In this document: piece after piece, positions 1 to 11,166 of the stretch
Layout of the letters: the number at the start of each line of letters is the position of its first letter
Numbering within the stretch: position 1 is the stretch's first letter
NCBI GenBank assembly: GCA_041651015.1
Contig: JBAZKA010000001.1
Location: 141,158 to 205,157, forward strand
Source of the DNA: Patescibacteria group bacterium
GTDB taxonomy: Bacteria; Patescibacteriota; Patescibacteriia; Magasanikbacterales; GWA2-37-8
Reading direction: 5' to 3'
DNA length: 64,000 nucleotides
The notes under the pieces: generated by a model
Database searches by the model: none
Told to the model about the DNA's origin: nothing
Seen by the model: the letters and a program-made list of their open reading frames with translations, nothing else
Program-made: the position numbers and the translations under genes

Positions 1-212
1 ATGGTACGTTGGCAATTTTTTGGCACGTCAGCCCAGCCGACATCGTGGAGAATGGCGGATGGAATTAAAAGTTCGGCGCACCCTTTTTCGTTTTTTAGAA
101 TTAATTCCGTCGCCTTAATGACGCCCTCGGTGTGAATGACGAAATCTTTATTCAACCCCTTGCGCAAGTATTTTTGCGCCTCATCCCAAATTTTTTTATA
201 TTTGGATTTCAT
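1..212 (-). CDS. HD-domain phosphohydrolase, partial (3' end outside window)
   Basis: Manual reverse-strand translation from the ATG at 212..210 gives MKSKYKKIWDEAQKYLRKGLNKDFVIHTEGVIKATELILKNEKGCAELLIPSAILHDVGWADV... with an HD motif (ILHDVG). The frame stays open to the window edge. Confidence 0.5.
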   Translation of the reverse strand, partial: MKSKYKKIWDEAQKYLRKGLNKDFVIHTEGVIKATELILKNEKGCAELLIPSAILHDVGWADVPKNCQRT

Positions 213-216
213 AAAA

Positions 217-528
217 TTATTTCTTAACTTCCTCATTAATCCAATCCGCGAATCCCTTGTTTGCCTCGGCGTTAATTTTTATTATACATGGCGTTTCGTA
301 GGGATGAAGTTTGGTAATTTCCGATTTTACCTTGCTCCAATTCACGGATTTAGTTTTTATAATTGAGACTATTTCTTTTGAATTAACAATTTTGTTTTTC
401 CAGCGATAGGTACTGTGAACGGGAAACAGATTGGCGCAAGCGATTAAGCGTCTACTCAACAACGCCCTGATAATTTTTTTGGCGGTTTTTAGGTTTGGAT
501 GCGTGGCGTATATAATAATGGGGTTCAT
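217..528 (-). CDS. cutA: CutA divalent-cation tolerance protein
   Basis: 103 aa; CutA1-like length and sequence (…ANLFPVHSTYRWKNKIV…YETPCIIKI). Confidence 0.6.
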   Translation of the reverse strand: MNPIIIYATHPNLKTAKKIIRALLSRRLIACANLFPVHSTYRWKNKIVNSKEIVSIIKTKSVNWSKVKSEITKLHPYETPCIIKINAEANKGFADWINEEVKK

Positions 529-547
529 AAAAATTTAATTTTTTTTC

Positions 548-1114
548 TTATTTTTCCACAATAAAGAATTTTTCTTCGGGAATGGCGTAAACAGGCAAAT
601 CCTCCCCGTGCTTTTTCAGTCGCTCCAATTTATCAGATTTTTCTTCTTTATAATGGCAGATGGACTTTATTGGCAAGATTCCGAGGCCGTCGCCAATGTT
701 ATCCTTGCTGTTTGAATAATAATATTTAGACAGAACATACACGCCAGCCGAGGACGCAGCCACAATTTTACCCCTCCACAATTCATCCAAATTTTTCATT
801 TTGTTTAAAATTATTTTGAGCGTGTCCGTATCACCACCGCGTAAATAAATCACGTCCGCTTGTTTGATTTGTTCGGCAAAATTATTTAGTTCGTCGTCAG
901 CCATTGTAACATTCAAATTCTTTTGCCGAGAAGCGGAAGAAAAATTGATTTTGTCTTGCTCGAGCATGGCCGGCCATTTTTCTTTTGTCCTGGCAAAATA
1001 AACACATAATATTGTTGCTTTGTTGTTCAAATCACTTGTTATTCCGATGAAAAATTGTTTGTTGTCCGATGTTGGCCTGCTGGTTTCGCCTCCGTGCAAA
1101 ATATATTTTGTCAT
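548..1114 (-). CDS. Peptidase S51 / cyanophycinase-like (class I glutamine amidotransferase-like) protein
   Basis: 188 aa; VIYLRGGDTDTL and IVAASSAGVYVL (GxSAG nucleophile elbow), as in peptidase E-type S51 enzymes. Confidence 0.5.
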   Translation of the reverse strand: MTKYILHGGETSRPTSDNKQFFIGITSDLNNKATILCVYFARTKEKWPAMLEQDKINFSSASRQKNLNVTMADDELNNFAEQIKQADVIYLRGGDTDTLKIILNKMKNLDELWRGKIVAASSAGVYVLSKYYYSNSKDNIGDGLGILPIKSICHYKEEKSDKLERLKKHGEDLPVYAIPEEKFFIVEK

Positions 1115-1274
1115 AAAAAGTTGCGATTTTCAATATTTTACATTATACCCCCTCATCCCGCCTCGCGCAACTCAACATTTCTTGTTATCTCCCCTAAAAT
1201 TGACACTTTTCGTACATTGTAGTATGTTTCAACTGTGATAAATTGTCACCGAGCTCATTCAACAATCCAACAGG

Positions 1275-1847
1275 ATGGAGGAAAAAATGTTAATAATATG
1301 CATCGTGGCATTGATTGCGGGAGTCATTACTTATAAAGTGTGCGCGCAGTCGTATCGCGAAGATGGACTGAGTAATCCGCGGGAAACAGATACGCCATTG
1401 GTCGTAATGTTCTTCGTGTGCGTCGGTACTGCTGCGGCTACCGTTTTGTGTTATGGACTGTCCAACTCTGTTTCTAAGGCTGAAAATCAGCATGAAGTGC
1501 GGCAAAAAACCATTATTACCCTCGCAGAATCCAACGAAGTGTCGGGCTCATTCTATTTGGCCTCGGGCAGTATCGGCGGTGAGATGTATTATGAATATTA
1601 TTATCTAACGCCTGATGGCGGTAAGATGTACGAAAAAATTCGTGCCGATCAAGTGGTTGTATTTGAAGACGATCGCATGGATGCATATCTTGCGGTGATA
1701 AAGAATTCCGTCGGTTGTCCGGGAGACAAATCGGGTTGGCTGTATTGCATTGCTTCCGATAAAGATAATACTATCGGCAATGCGATACATGTGCCGCGTG
1801 GCACGATAAAAAATGCCGGTAAATTTGGGGTGGATTTAAAACGGTAG
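1275..1847 (+). CDS. hypothetical membrane-anchored protein
   Basis: 190 aa, N-terminal TM helix, no recognisable motif. A TTGACA-17-TATGTT promoter-like site lies ~70 nt upstream. Confidence 0.4.
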   Translation: MEEKMLIICIVALIAGVITYKVCAQSYREDGLSNPRETDTPLVVMFFVCVGTAAATVLCYGLSNSVSKAENQHEVRQKTIITLAESNEVSGSFYLASGSIGGEMYYEYYYLTPDGGKMYEKIRADQVVVFEDDRMDAYLAVIKNSVGCPGDKSGWLYCIASDKDNTIGNAIHVPRGTIKNAGKFGVDLKR

Positions 1848-1879
1848 AAATTTTTAGCGCGCTGTTCTATTTTCGACTC

Positions 1880-1915
1880 GAGGTCCCGTTCACGGCGGGG
1901 CCTCTTATTTTTCTT
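1880..1915 (+). terminator. rho-independent terminator
   Basis: GAGGTCCCG-loop-CGGGGCCTC hairpin followed by TTATTTTTCTT. Confidence 0.55.
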
Positions 1916-2068
1916 GTTATCTCCCGCAAAAAATGGTAAAATAAACACAGCTCAAACGCTGGTTTTTTTGGTATAACGTCGCGACAAGAGATTCCTCGGC
2001 TCCGCTCGGAATGACAAGAGTCGCGCTACTTTATAACTTTCAAACTTTATAACTTTATAAACTTCGTT

Positions 2069-4324
2069 ATGTTCCTCAACCCCCTCATCGCCAAAGACAA
2101 AAAAGCATTACAAAAAAAATCTAAACCAAAACAAAACGGAGCGGGTGAATACCTTGATTTGCGCGGGACAGCGCTCACGCCGTTCAAAGGTGTGAACCTC
2201 GCGCAAATGGACCATCTGGCCAAGCTGGTCCGCGGTTTGATTTTTGCCACCGTGGAAAACGCCCAGTCCGGCCATCCGGGCGGTTCATCTTCCAAAGTTG
2301 AACAATTTTTGGCTTTAACTCTCGGCGGAACACTGGCTTTTGATCCGGCCGACCCCAAACATCCGGGGCGCGACCGAGTTATTTGGAGCGCCGGACATTG
2401 CACACCCCTTTTGTATGGCGGGCAAGCATTATTATACGAAGCTTTGCGTCGGACCGGCCGGCAATTTTCCGAAGCCGTGGTGAATTGTGTTTTACCCGAA
2501 CAGCTCTTGAGTTTCCGCCGGATGAATGGCTTATCCGGGCACGCGGAAAGTATTTATCCGTTTTGTGATTACTGCACCGGCCCGTCCGGACATGGTTTTA
2601 GCGCGGCTGGCGGTTTGGCAATTTCGCATCACGCCTCGGGTTTGCCAACCAAAGTTTGGGTGATGATGGGCGATGCCGAGAGCGAGGAAGGCATGACTTA
2701 TGAAGCGCGCAATGTGGTGGCAGCCTCGGGCGCGGAAAATTTAATTGTTTCCTTGGATTACAATCATTTTGGTATTGACGGTCCGGTGGAAGAAGCCATG
2801 AGCGCGCCGTATTTGAATTACTGGCTGGGTTTTGATTGGAATGTGGTTGAAGTTGACGGGCACAATGTGAATGAACTTTTGTACGCCTATGCACTCGCGG
2901 GAAAGGGTTTTGGCAATGCCAAGCCGACCGTGGTTATCGCGCATACACTCAAAGGCAAAGATTATGGCAAATTGGAAAATTCATGTGCGTCGCACGGTTC
3001 GCCGACTTCACACGAGGAATATGTGAAATTAATGCAAACGCTCGGTTTTGAAGTGTCAAACGAAAAAGGTTTTGGCGGAGTGGACATTGAAATTATTTTA
3101 GACCATTTGACCGATGAGGATGGTGAATATATTGAATCGCGATTTACCGCCAGCGCGAAAAATATTGAACCCGAATCAGAACTCGTGGCGCGAATAAAAG
3201 AGAAAATTTCCGCCCAAGGCGGATCCGCCTCTGGCGGAAAAAAATATCCATTAATCAATCCGCGCGAAATAAAACGTCCGGCCAAACTTCCGGCCGAATT
3301 AATTTTCAAAAGCGGAGAGCGGGTCAGTTTGCGCCACGCCTCTGAGCTTTGGTTTGAATGGCTGATGAAGCAAACCGCGTTTTTTTACGCCGGAGCCGGG
3401 GATTTGAGTAAATCTGTTTTGACCGGTTCAGCGGAAAAAGTTTACGGAATTATCAACGAAAAAAATCCGTTTGGCCGGGGGATTCGTTTTGGCATTGCCG
3501 AGTCCAATATGGCCATGATGAGCATGGCAATGACTCAAGATATTTTGCCCGGCGGATTTCGTCCAATTTCGGTTTTTGGCACATATGGAGTTTTTGCCCC
3601 GCTTTATGGCGAGCAAATGCATCTGGCGCTCATCAATAATTTTGTTAATCCCAAAGCCTCGGGATTTTTTGTGGCGCTGGCCACGCACGATGGGCCGGAA
3701 ACCGGCGAAGACGGGCCGACGCATCAGGGCATGTTTTGGTCGTCGCTGTTCAAAGCCTATCCGGGCGTGAAAGTTTACAAACCCGCGGACGCGAATGAAG
3801 TGATTGAGATTTTATTTTCCGCTTTAGAAATAGGCGAGCCGATTGTCCTGGCGCTACCGCGCGGGGACGCCAAAGTCTTGGCGAGAGATGAAAATAATTT
3901 AGCGGCTGCGTCAGCCAATGGCGCGTATGTGTATAAAAATTATTCGGGTAACGGAAAACAAAAACGAGCGGTCGTGGCTTCGGGCGCTGTGGTGGTGGAA
4001 AATTTAATTTTTGCTTTGCCCGAAATAGAAAAACAACTTGACGTGAAAATTATCATCGCTACTTCGCCACAAAAATATTTTGAATTGATGAAATCCAATC
4101 CGAGCGAGGCTGATAAAATTATTTCCAATGAAGAAAAAAAGACGGCCATAACTTTGCACAACGGCTGGGTTGGCTGGCTGGATGAATTTTTGATGACGCC
4201 GGAAGTATTGAATCATCGCATTGGCGTGGAACGCTTTTTATCATCGGGCAAAGCTGGTGAGGTGGTTGACATGGCAGGGTTGGACGTCAAAAGTATCGCG
4301 GAAAAAATTCTTAGAATGAACTAA
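2069..4324 (+). CDS. tkt: transketolase (fused N+C, TPP-dependent)
   Basis: SGHPGG TPP-binding site, GDAESEEGMTYEA, GPTHQGM. The N-terminal ~46 aa have no counterpart in E. coli TktA. An alternative start at ATG 2207 (MDHLAKLVRGL…) aligns better with canonical N-termini. Confidence 0.8.
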   Translation: MFLNPLIAKDKKALQKKSKPKQNGAGEYLDLRGTALTPFKGVNLAQMDHLAKLVRGLIFATVENAQSGHPGGSSSKVEQFLALTLGGTLAFDPADPKHPGRDRVIWSAGHCTPLLYGGQALLYEALRRTGRQFSEAVVNCVLPEQLLSFRRMNGLSGHAESIYPFCDYCTGPSGHGFSAAGGLAISHHASGLPTKVWVMMGDAESEEGMTYEARNVVAASGAENLIVSLDYNHFGIDGPVEEAMSAPYLNYWLGFDWNVVEVDGHNVNELLYAYALAGKGFGNAKPTVVIAHTLKGKDYGKLENSCASHGSPTSHEEYVKLMQTLGFEVSNEKGFGGVDIEIILDHLTDEDGEYIESRFTASAKNIEPESELVARIKEKISAQGGSASGGKKYPLINPREIKRPAKLPAELIFKSGERVSLRHASELWFEWLMKQTAFFYAGAGDLSKSVLTGSAEKVYGIINEKNPFGRGIRFGIAESNMAMMSMAMTQDILPGGFRPISVFGTYGVFAPLYGEQMHLALINNFVNPKASGFFVALATHDGPETGEDGPTHQGMFWSSLFKAYPGVKVYKPADANEVIEILFSALEIGEPIVLALPRGDAKVLARDENNLAAASANGAYVYKNYSGNGKQKRAVVASGAVVVENLIFALPEIEKQLDVKIIIATSPQKYFELMKSNPSEADKIISNEEKKTAITLHNGWVGWLDEFLMTPEVLNHRIGVERFLSSGKAGEVVDMAGLDVKSIAEKILRMN

Positions 4325-4325
4325 T

Positions 4326-6836
<2,511 letters not shown>

Positions 6837-6837
6837 T

Positions 6838-7881
6838 ATGAATTCATTTGAACAAATAATTTCCACCGAACCAAAATATCGCCGCGATCAAATTTGGCGA
6901 GCGCTTTTTGACCCTAAACTAAATAATTTTTCCGAGATTACCACTTTGCCCAAAGATTTGCGCGCGAAATTGGAAAAAATTCCTTGGTTGCCGGTGGAGC
7001 CGGCGCTGGTTCAAGCCAGCCGGCTTGATGACACTCAAAAAGCTTTATTGAGATTAGCTGACGATGAAACAATAGAAACAGTCTTGATGGGCCGGGCCAA
7101 CAAGCGCGCCACGCGCGAGTCCGATAAACGCTATACGATTTGTGTGTCATCCCAAGTCGGTTGTGCCATGCGTTGCGCTTTTTGCGCCACCGGAGAGTTT
7201 GGTTTTCGCCGGAATTTATCAGCCGAGGAAATCATCGGACAATTTCGTTTTTGGCAAAAGTATTTACTGGAAAAGAATGGCGGCGGGGAAATTGAAAATA
7301 TTGTTTTGATGGGCCAGGGCGAACCGCTGGTAAATTATGATGCGGTCAAAGACGCGCTTAATCTGATTTTGAAATACACCAAAGTGGGGGAGACGAAAAT
7401 CACTTTATCCACGGCCGGCGTGGTGGCGGGAATGAATAAAATGATTGAAGACAAGGATTTCCCTGCGGTCAGGTTCGCCTTGTCCCTCCACTCGGCTATT
7501 CCCGAAGATAGAAAAAAATTAATGCCGTCCCAGCCGGAAAAGTTCTTTGAATTTTTTATTGATTGGTGCGAGAAGTATCACGAACGCTGGCCGAGCCGGA
7601 CGCATTTTGTCGGCTTGGAATATGTATTTATCAACGGCGTGAATGACACGCCCGCGCACCTCAAAGCCTTGATCAAACTGGCGTCCAAAATCGGACGCGT
7701 CCGTTTGAATTTAATTCCGTTCAATGCCGCGGCCGGAAAATTCAGCGGCACGCCCATGGAAAAAATAAAAGAATGGCAAACACGTTTGATGGATTCCGGC
7801 TTTACCGTTACGGTGCGTTTGTCTCAAGGGTCGGACATCGCCGCCGCCTGCGGTCAATTACGAAATTTACAGAAGTTATGA
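6838..7881 (+). CDS. rlmN: 23S rRNA (adenine2503-C2)-methyltransferase RlmN (radical SAM)
   Basis: CAMRCAFCATG radical-SAM cysteine cluster in RlmN/Cfr context. Confidence 0.8.
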   Translation: MNSFEQIISTEPKYRRDQIWRALFDPKLNNFSEITTLPKDLRAKLEKIPWLPVEPALVQASRLDDTQKALLRLADDETIETVLMGRANKRATRESDKRYTICVSSQVGCAMRCAFCATGEFGFRRNLSAEEIIGQFRFWQKYLLEKNGGGEIENIVLMGQGEPLVNYDAVKDALNLILKYTKVGETKITLSTAGVVAGMNKMIEDKDFPAVRFALSLHSAIPEDRKKLMPSQPEKFFEFFIDWCEKYHERWPSRTHFVGLEYVFINGVNDTPAHLKALIKLASKIGRVRLNLIPFNAAAGKFSGTPMEKIKEWQTRLMDSGFTVTVRLSQGSDIAAACGQLRNLQKL

Positions 7882-9614
7882 TTCTGCGCAAACAAAATCA
7901 CGAAACATTTCCCGAAGTCAGATTTCTATCCGTGATTTTTTTGCTCGCCGGTTTGGCTATCGCGGCGAAATTATTTTATCTGCAGATTTTACAAAATAAT
8001 TATTATTCCACGCTGGCCATGGATTCGCACGAGATTTATCAAAAACTCCATCCTTCGCGCGGACAAATATTTTTTACCGACGCGCGCACGAATGAAACCT
8101 ATGCCGCAGCCATGAATCGCACTTATTATCAGATTTATGCCGTGCCTAAAGAAATTATTTTAAGCGATGTCGCTTCCACATCCAAAAAATTAAAAGAGAT
8201 TTTAGCTTTACCCGAAGAACAGACCCTTGACTTTGAACAAAAACTTTCCAAGACCGGCGACCCGTACGAACCATTGGCCAAAAAAATTCCCGAAGAAAAA
8301 TACCAAGCGATCACAGATGCCGGCCTCAAAGGAATTTACGGCACGACCGAAGTTTATCGGTATTATCCCGAAGAAACCAGCGGTTCGGCTGTACTGGGTT
8401 TTTGCGCGTTTGATCGTGATGGAAATTTGAAAGGCAATTACGGCCTGGAAGGATATTGGAACAAAAAATTATCCGGCACAAGTGGTTTTGTGATGGGCGA
8501 AGGCGGAGCGGGTGGAGGCTGGATATCGCTCGCGGGATTGACCACAGTGGAGGCCGAAAACGGCGCTGATATAATTTTAACCATTGACCGCGCCTTGCAG
8601 TACAAGGCGTGCAGCCGCCTGGCCGAAGGCATGCAAACATTCAATGCGAAAAGCGCGTCGCTTGTCATGATGGACCCATCAACCGGCGCGATTCTCGCCA
8701 TGTGCAGTATGCCGAATTATGACGCCAATAATTATTCACAAGCTGAATCAGTCTCTGCTTACAACAACAACACGATTTTTTCCGCCTACGAGCCGGGTTC
8801 GGTCATGAAGCCGGTGATTATGTCAGCCGGCATTGATCTGGGATTGGTCAATCCAAATTCCACTTTTAACGATCCTTGCTCCAGAAAATTTGACATCTAT
8901 ACTATTCATAATGCCTTGAATAAATGTTATGGCGACAATGTGAGTATGACGCAAGTTTTGCAAAATTCCATCAATACGGGTATGATTTGGGTATCGGAAA
9001 AAATCGGACGCGAACGGATGCAAACCTATATGGGAAAATACGGTTTTGGCCAATTGTCCGGCGTTCCCTTGGATACCGAAGTGGCCGGCAATATTTCATC
9101 TTTGGAAAAAAAGTCGCCCATATTTTCCGCGCAAGCCTCGTTTGGCCAGGGCTTGACTGCGACACCAATACAACTCGCGCTGGCTTATTCGGCCATTGCC
9201 GCCGACGGCAAATTACCCAAGCCGTATTTAGTAAAAGAAATAGATTATCCCAACGGCAAGAAAGAAAAATACAGTCCCGAGACCGCGGCTCAAGTAATCT
9301 CACCGCGCACGGCGAAGCTCGTCACCGGCATGCTTACTTCGGTCGTGGAAAAAACCTATGTAACTTCGGTCAAGATGAACGACTATTACATTGCCGGCAA
9401 AACCGGCACCGCGCAAATTTCCGGCGTGGGCGGATATGTTGAAGAAACCAATCATACTTTTTGCGGGTTTGCTCCGGCCGAGAGTCCGAAATTTGTAATG
9501 GTGGTGAGATACGAAGCGCCTGAGCGCCAGTGGGCCGAATCCACAGCCGCAGTGGTTTTTAAAGATGTCGCCGACTTCGCTTTGGATTATTTCGGCGTAG
9601 CCAAAGATAAATAA
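7878..9614 (+). CDS. penicillin-binding protein (FtsI/PBP2-type transpeptidase)
   Basis: ATG at 7878 overlaps the rlmN stop (ATGA). N-terminal TM anchor, SVMK (SxxK), SIN (SxN) and KTGTA (KTG) motifs. Followed by murF. Confidence 0.8.
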   Translation: MILRKQNHETFPEVRFLSVIFLLAGLAIAAKLFYLQILQNNYYSTLAMDSHEIYQKLHPSRGQIFFTDARTNETYAAAMNRTYYQIYAVPKEIILSDVASTSKKLKEILALPEEQTLDFEQKLSKTGDPYEPLAKKIPEEKYQAITDAGLKGIYGTTEVYRYYPEETSGSAVLGFCAFDRDGNLKGNYGLEGYWNKKLSGTSGFVMGEGGAGGGWISLAGLTTVEAENGADIILTIDRALQYKACSRLAEGMQTFNAKSASLVMMDPSTGAILAMCSMPNYDANNYSQAESVSAYNNNTIFSAYEPGSVMKPVIMSAGIDLGLVNPNSTFNDPCSRKFDIYTIHNALNKCYGDNVSMTQVLQNSINTGMIWVSEKIGRERMQTYMGKYGFGQLSGVPLDTEVAGNISSLEKKSPIFSAQASFGQGLTATPIQLALAYSAIAADGKLPKPYLVKEIDYPNGKKEKYSPETAAQVISPRTAKLVTGMLTSVVEKTYVTSVKMNDYYIAGKTGTAQISGVGGYVEETNHTFCGFAPAESPKFVMVVRYEAPERQWAESTAAVVFKDVADFALDYFGVAKDK

Positions 9615-9637
9615 AACTATATCAATTAATAATTTTT

Positions 9638-10930
9638 ATGCTCAAATCCATCCTACATTGGACCCTTCGTCATTTATCAAAAAAAATTCTGAAAAAATAT
9701 CGTCCCGATATCATCGGCATCACTGGCTCAATCGGCAAAACCTCAACCAAGGAGGCGGTGTCCGCGGTACTCAAGACAAAATTTCGTGTGCGTTCAAACG
9801 TAAAAAATTATAATAATGAAGTCGGTTTGCCCTTGACGATTATTGGCGTGGAAAAAACCGCGGGCAAGTCAATTTTTGGCTGGCTGGCAATATTTTTTAA
9901 AGCGATAGAACTTATTGCTTGCCGGGATAAAAATTATCCCGAGATGCTGGTTTTGGAAATGGGCGCGGACAAGCCCGGCGACATCGCATATCTGACCGAT
10001 ATTGCGCCGTGCAAAGTAGGTGTCCTCACATTCATTTCTCACGCGCACACGGAATTTTTTAAAACCATAAAAAAAATAGCCCAAGAAAAACGGGTGATTG
10101 TCTCGCATTTGAATGACGATAATTTCGCGGTGGTAAATTTTGATTGCGATTTGGTGATGGAAAATTCCAAGTCGCGCGCTGAAACAATTTCTTATGGTTT
10201 TAAAAATGGCGCGGATTTTCAGGCAACTGACGTGCGCGTGATTACCGATGAAGCGACCGGTTGGCCGTCGGGATTAAATTTCAAAGTAAATTATAAGGGT
10301 GTTTGTGTGCCGGTATTTTTGCCCGGCGCCGTGGCCGAACACTTGATTCCGTCCGCGCTTGCGGCCATGGCCGTCGGCCATATTTTCGGTATTAATCTGG
10401 TGGATGCGGTTTCGGCTTTGCGCGATTTACCGCCTCTGGCCGGACACATGAGGATTATTCCCGGCATTAAAAAAACTTTATTGATTGATGACACCTATAA
10501 TTCATCACCCGAACCAACCAAATCCGCGCTCAAAACTCTGGCCAACATTCAAATTAAGGAAAACGCCGAACGTTACGCTGTGCTTGGCGATATGTTGGAG
10601 TTGGGCGATGAAACCGAAAACGCGCACCGAGAAATCGGTTTACGCATAGCTGAATCAGGTATACAAATACTTGTCACCGTGGGCGAGGCGAGTAAACACA
10701 CGGCCGCGGCCGCGCGTGAAGCCGGCATGGCCGAACACTGTGTGATTTCATTTGCCGATAGCGCCAGCGCCGGAAAATATTTACAGGACGCGATAAAAGA
10801 AGGCGATGTAATTTTAATCAAAGGTTCGCAAGGAATCAGAATGGAAAAAATCGTCAAAGAATTAATGGACGAACCCTTGCGCGCCAAAGAACTTTTGGTC
10901 AGGCAAACAGGGGAGTGGGAGAACAAATAA
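9638..10930 (+). CDS. murF: UDP-N-acetylmuramoyl-tripeptide--D-alanyl-D-alanine ligase
   Basis: Mur ligase P-loop GITGSIGKTSTKE; C-terminal DDTYNSSPEP typical of MurF. Confidence 0.75.
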   Translation: MLKSILHWTLRHLSKKILKKYRPDIIGITGSIGKTSTKEAVSAVLKTKFRVRSNVKNYNNEVGLPLTIIGVEKTAGKSIFGWLAIFFKAIELIACRDKNYPEMLVLEMGADKPGDIAYLTDIAPCKVGVLTFISHAHTEFFKTIKKIAQEKRVIVSHLNDDNFAVVNFDCDLVMENSKSRAETISYGFKNGADFQATDVRVITDEATGWPSGLNFKVNYKGVCVPVFLPGAVAEHLIPSALAAMAVGHIFGINLVDAVSALRDLPPLAGHMRIIPGIKKTLLIDDTYNSSPEPTKSALKTLANIQIKENAERYAVLGDMLELGDETENAHREIGLRIAESGIQILVTVGEASKHTAAAAREAGMAEHCVISFADSASAGKYLQDAIKEGDVILIKGSQGIRMEKIVKELMDEPLRAKELLVRQTGEWENK

Positions 10931-10942
10931 CGGTCATCATGC

Positions 10943-10971
10943 TTGACCTTTTGAAAAAAATACCGTATAAT
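10943..10971 (+). promoter_or_regulatory. sigma70-type promoter (TTGACC-17-TATAAT) for tRNA
   Basis: TTGACC at 10943-10948, 17-nt spacer, TATAAT at 10966-10971, ~30 nt upstream of the tRNA. Confidence 0.55.
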
Positions 10972-11000
10972 TTCCAAAAAATAACGAACAAATCATATTT

Positions 11001-11072
11001 GGCCCGTTCGTCTATCAGTTAGGACACGGCCCTCTCAAGGCTGAAAGACGGGTGCGATTCCCGTACGGGCTA
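11001..11072 (+). tRNA. tRNA-Glu (anticodon CUC)
   Basis: Hand-folded cloverleaf: acceptor GGCCCGT/ACGGGCT (G1-U72), D-stem GTCT/GGAC, anticodon stem CGGCC/GGCTG, loop CTCTCAA (U33, A37), T-stem ACGGG/CCCGT. T-loop TGCGATT has G at position 55 (non-canonical). Confidence 0.6.
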
Positions 11073-11083
11073 CAAAAATAAAT

Positions 11084-11110
11084 GCCACCGAAAGGTGGTG
11101 TTTATTTTTG
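11084..11110. terminator. bidirectional rho-independent terminator
   Basis: GCCACCGAAAGGTGGTG hairpin flanked by A-run upstream and TTTATTTTT downstream. It serves the tRNA (+) and the convergent symporter gene (-). Confidence 0.6.
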
Positions 11111-11166
11111 TATTTTGTCCAGGAATCGCACGAGTTACCAGAATTTGCATTATGTATTTTTAGTTA

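Noticed and set aside
2047-2403. 118-aa minus-strand ORF across the tkt start
   Set aside because: Overlaps the conserved N-terminal TPP-binding region of transketolase on the opposite strand.
8924-9442. 172-aa (+) and 110-aa (-) ORFs inside the PBP gene
   Set aside because: Embedded in an ORF with clear transpeptidase motifs; no independent signals.
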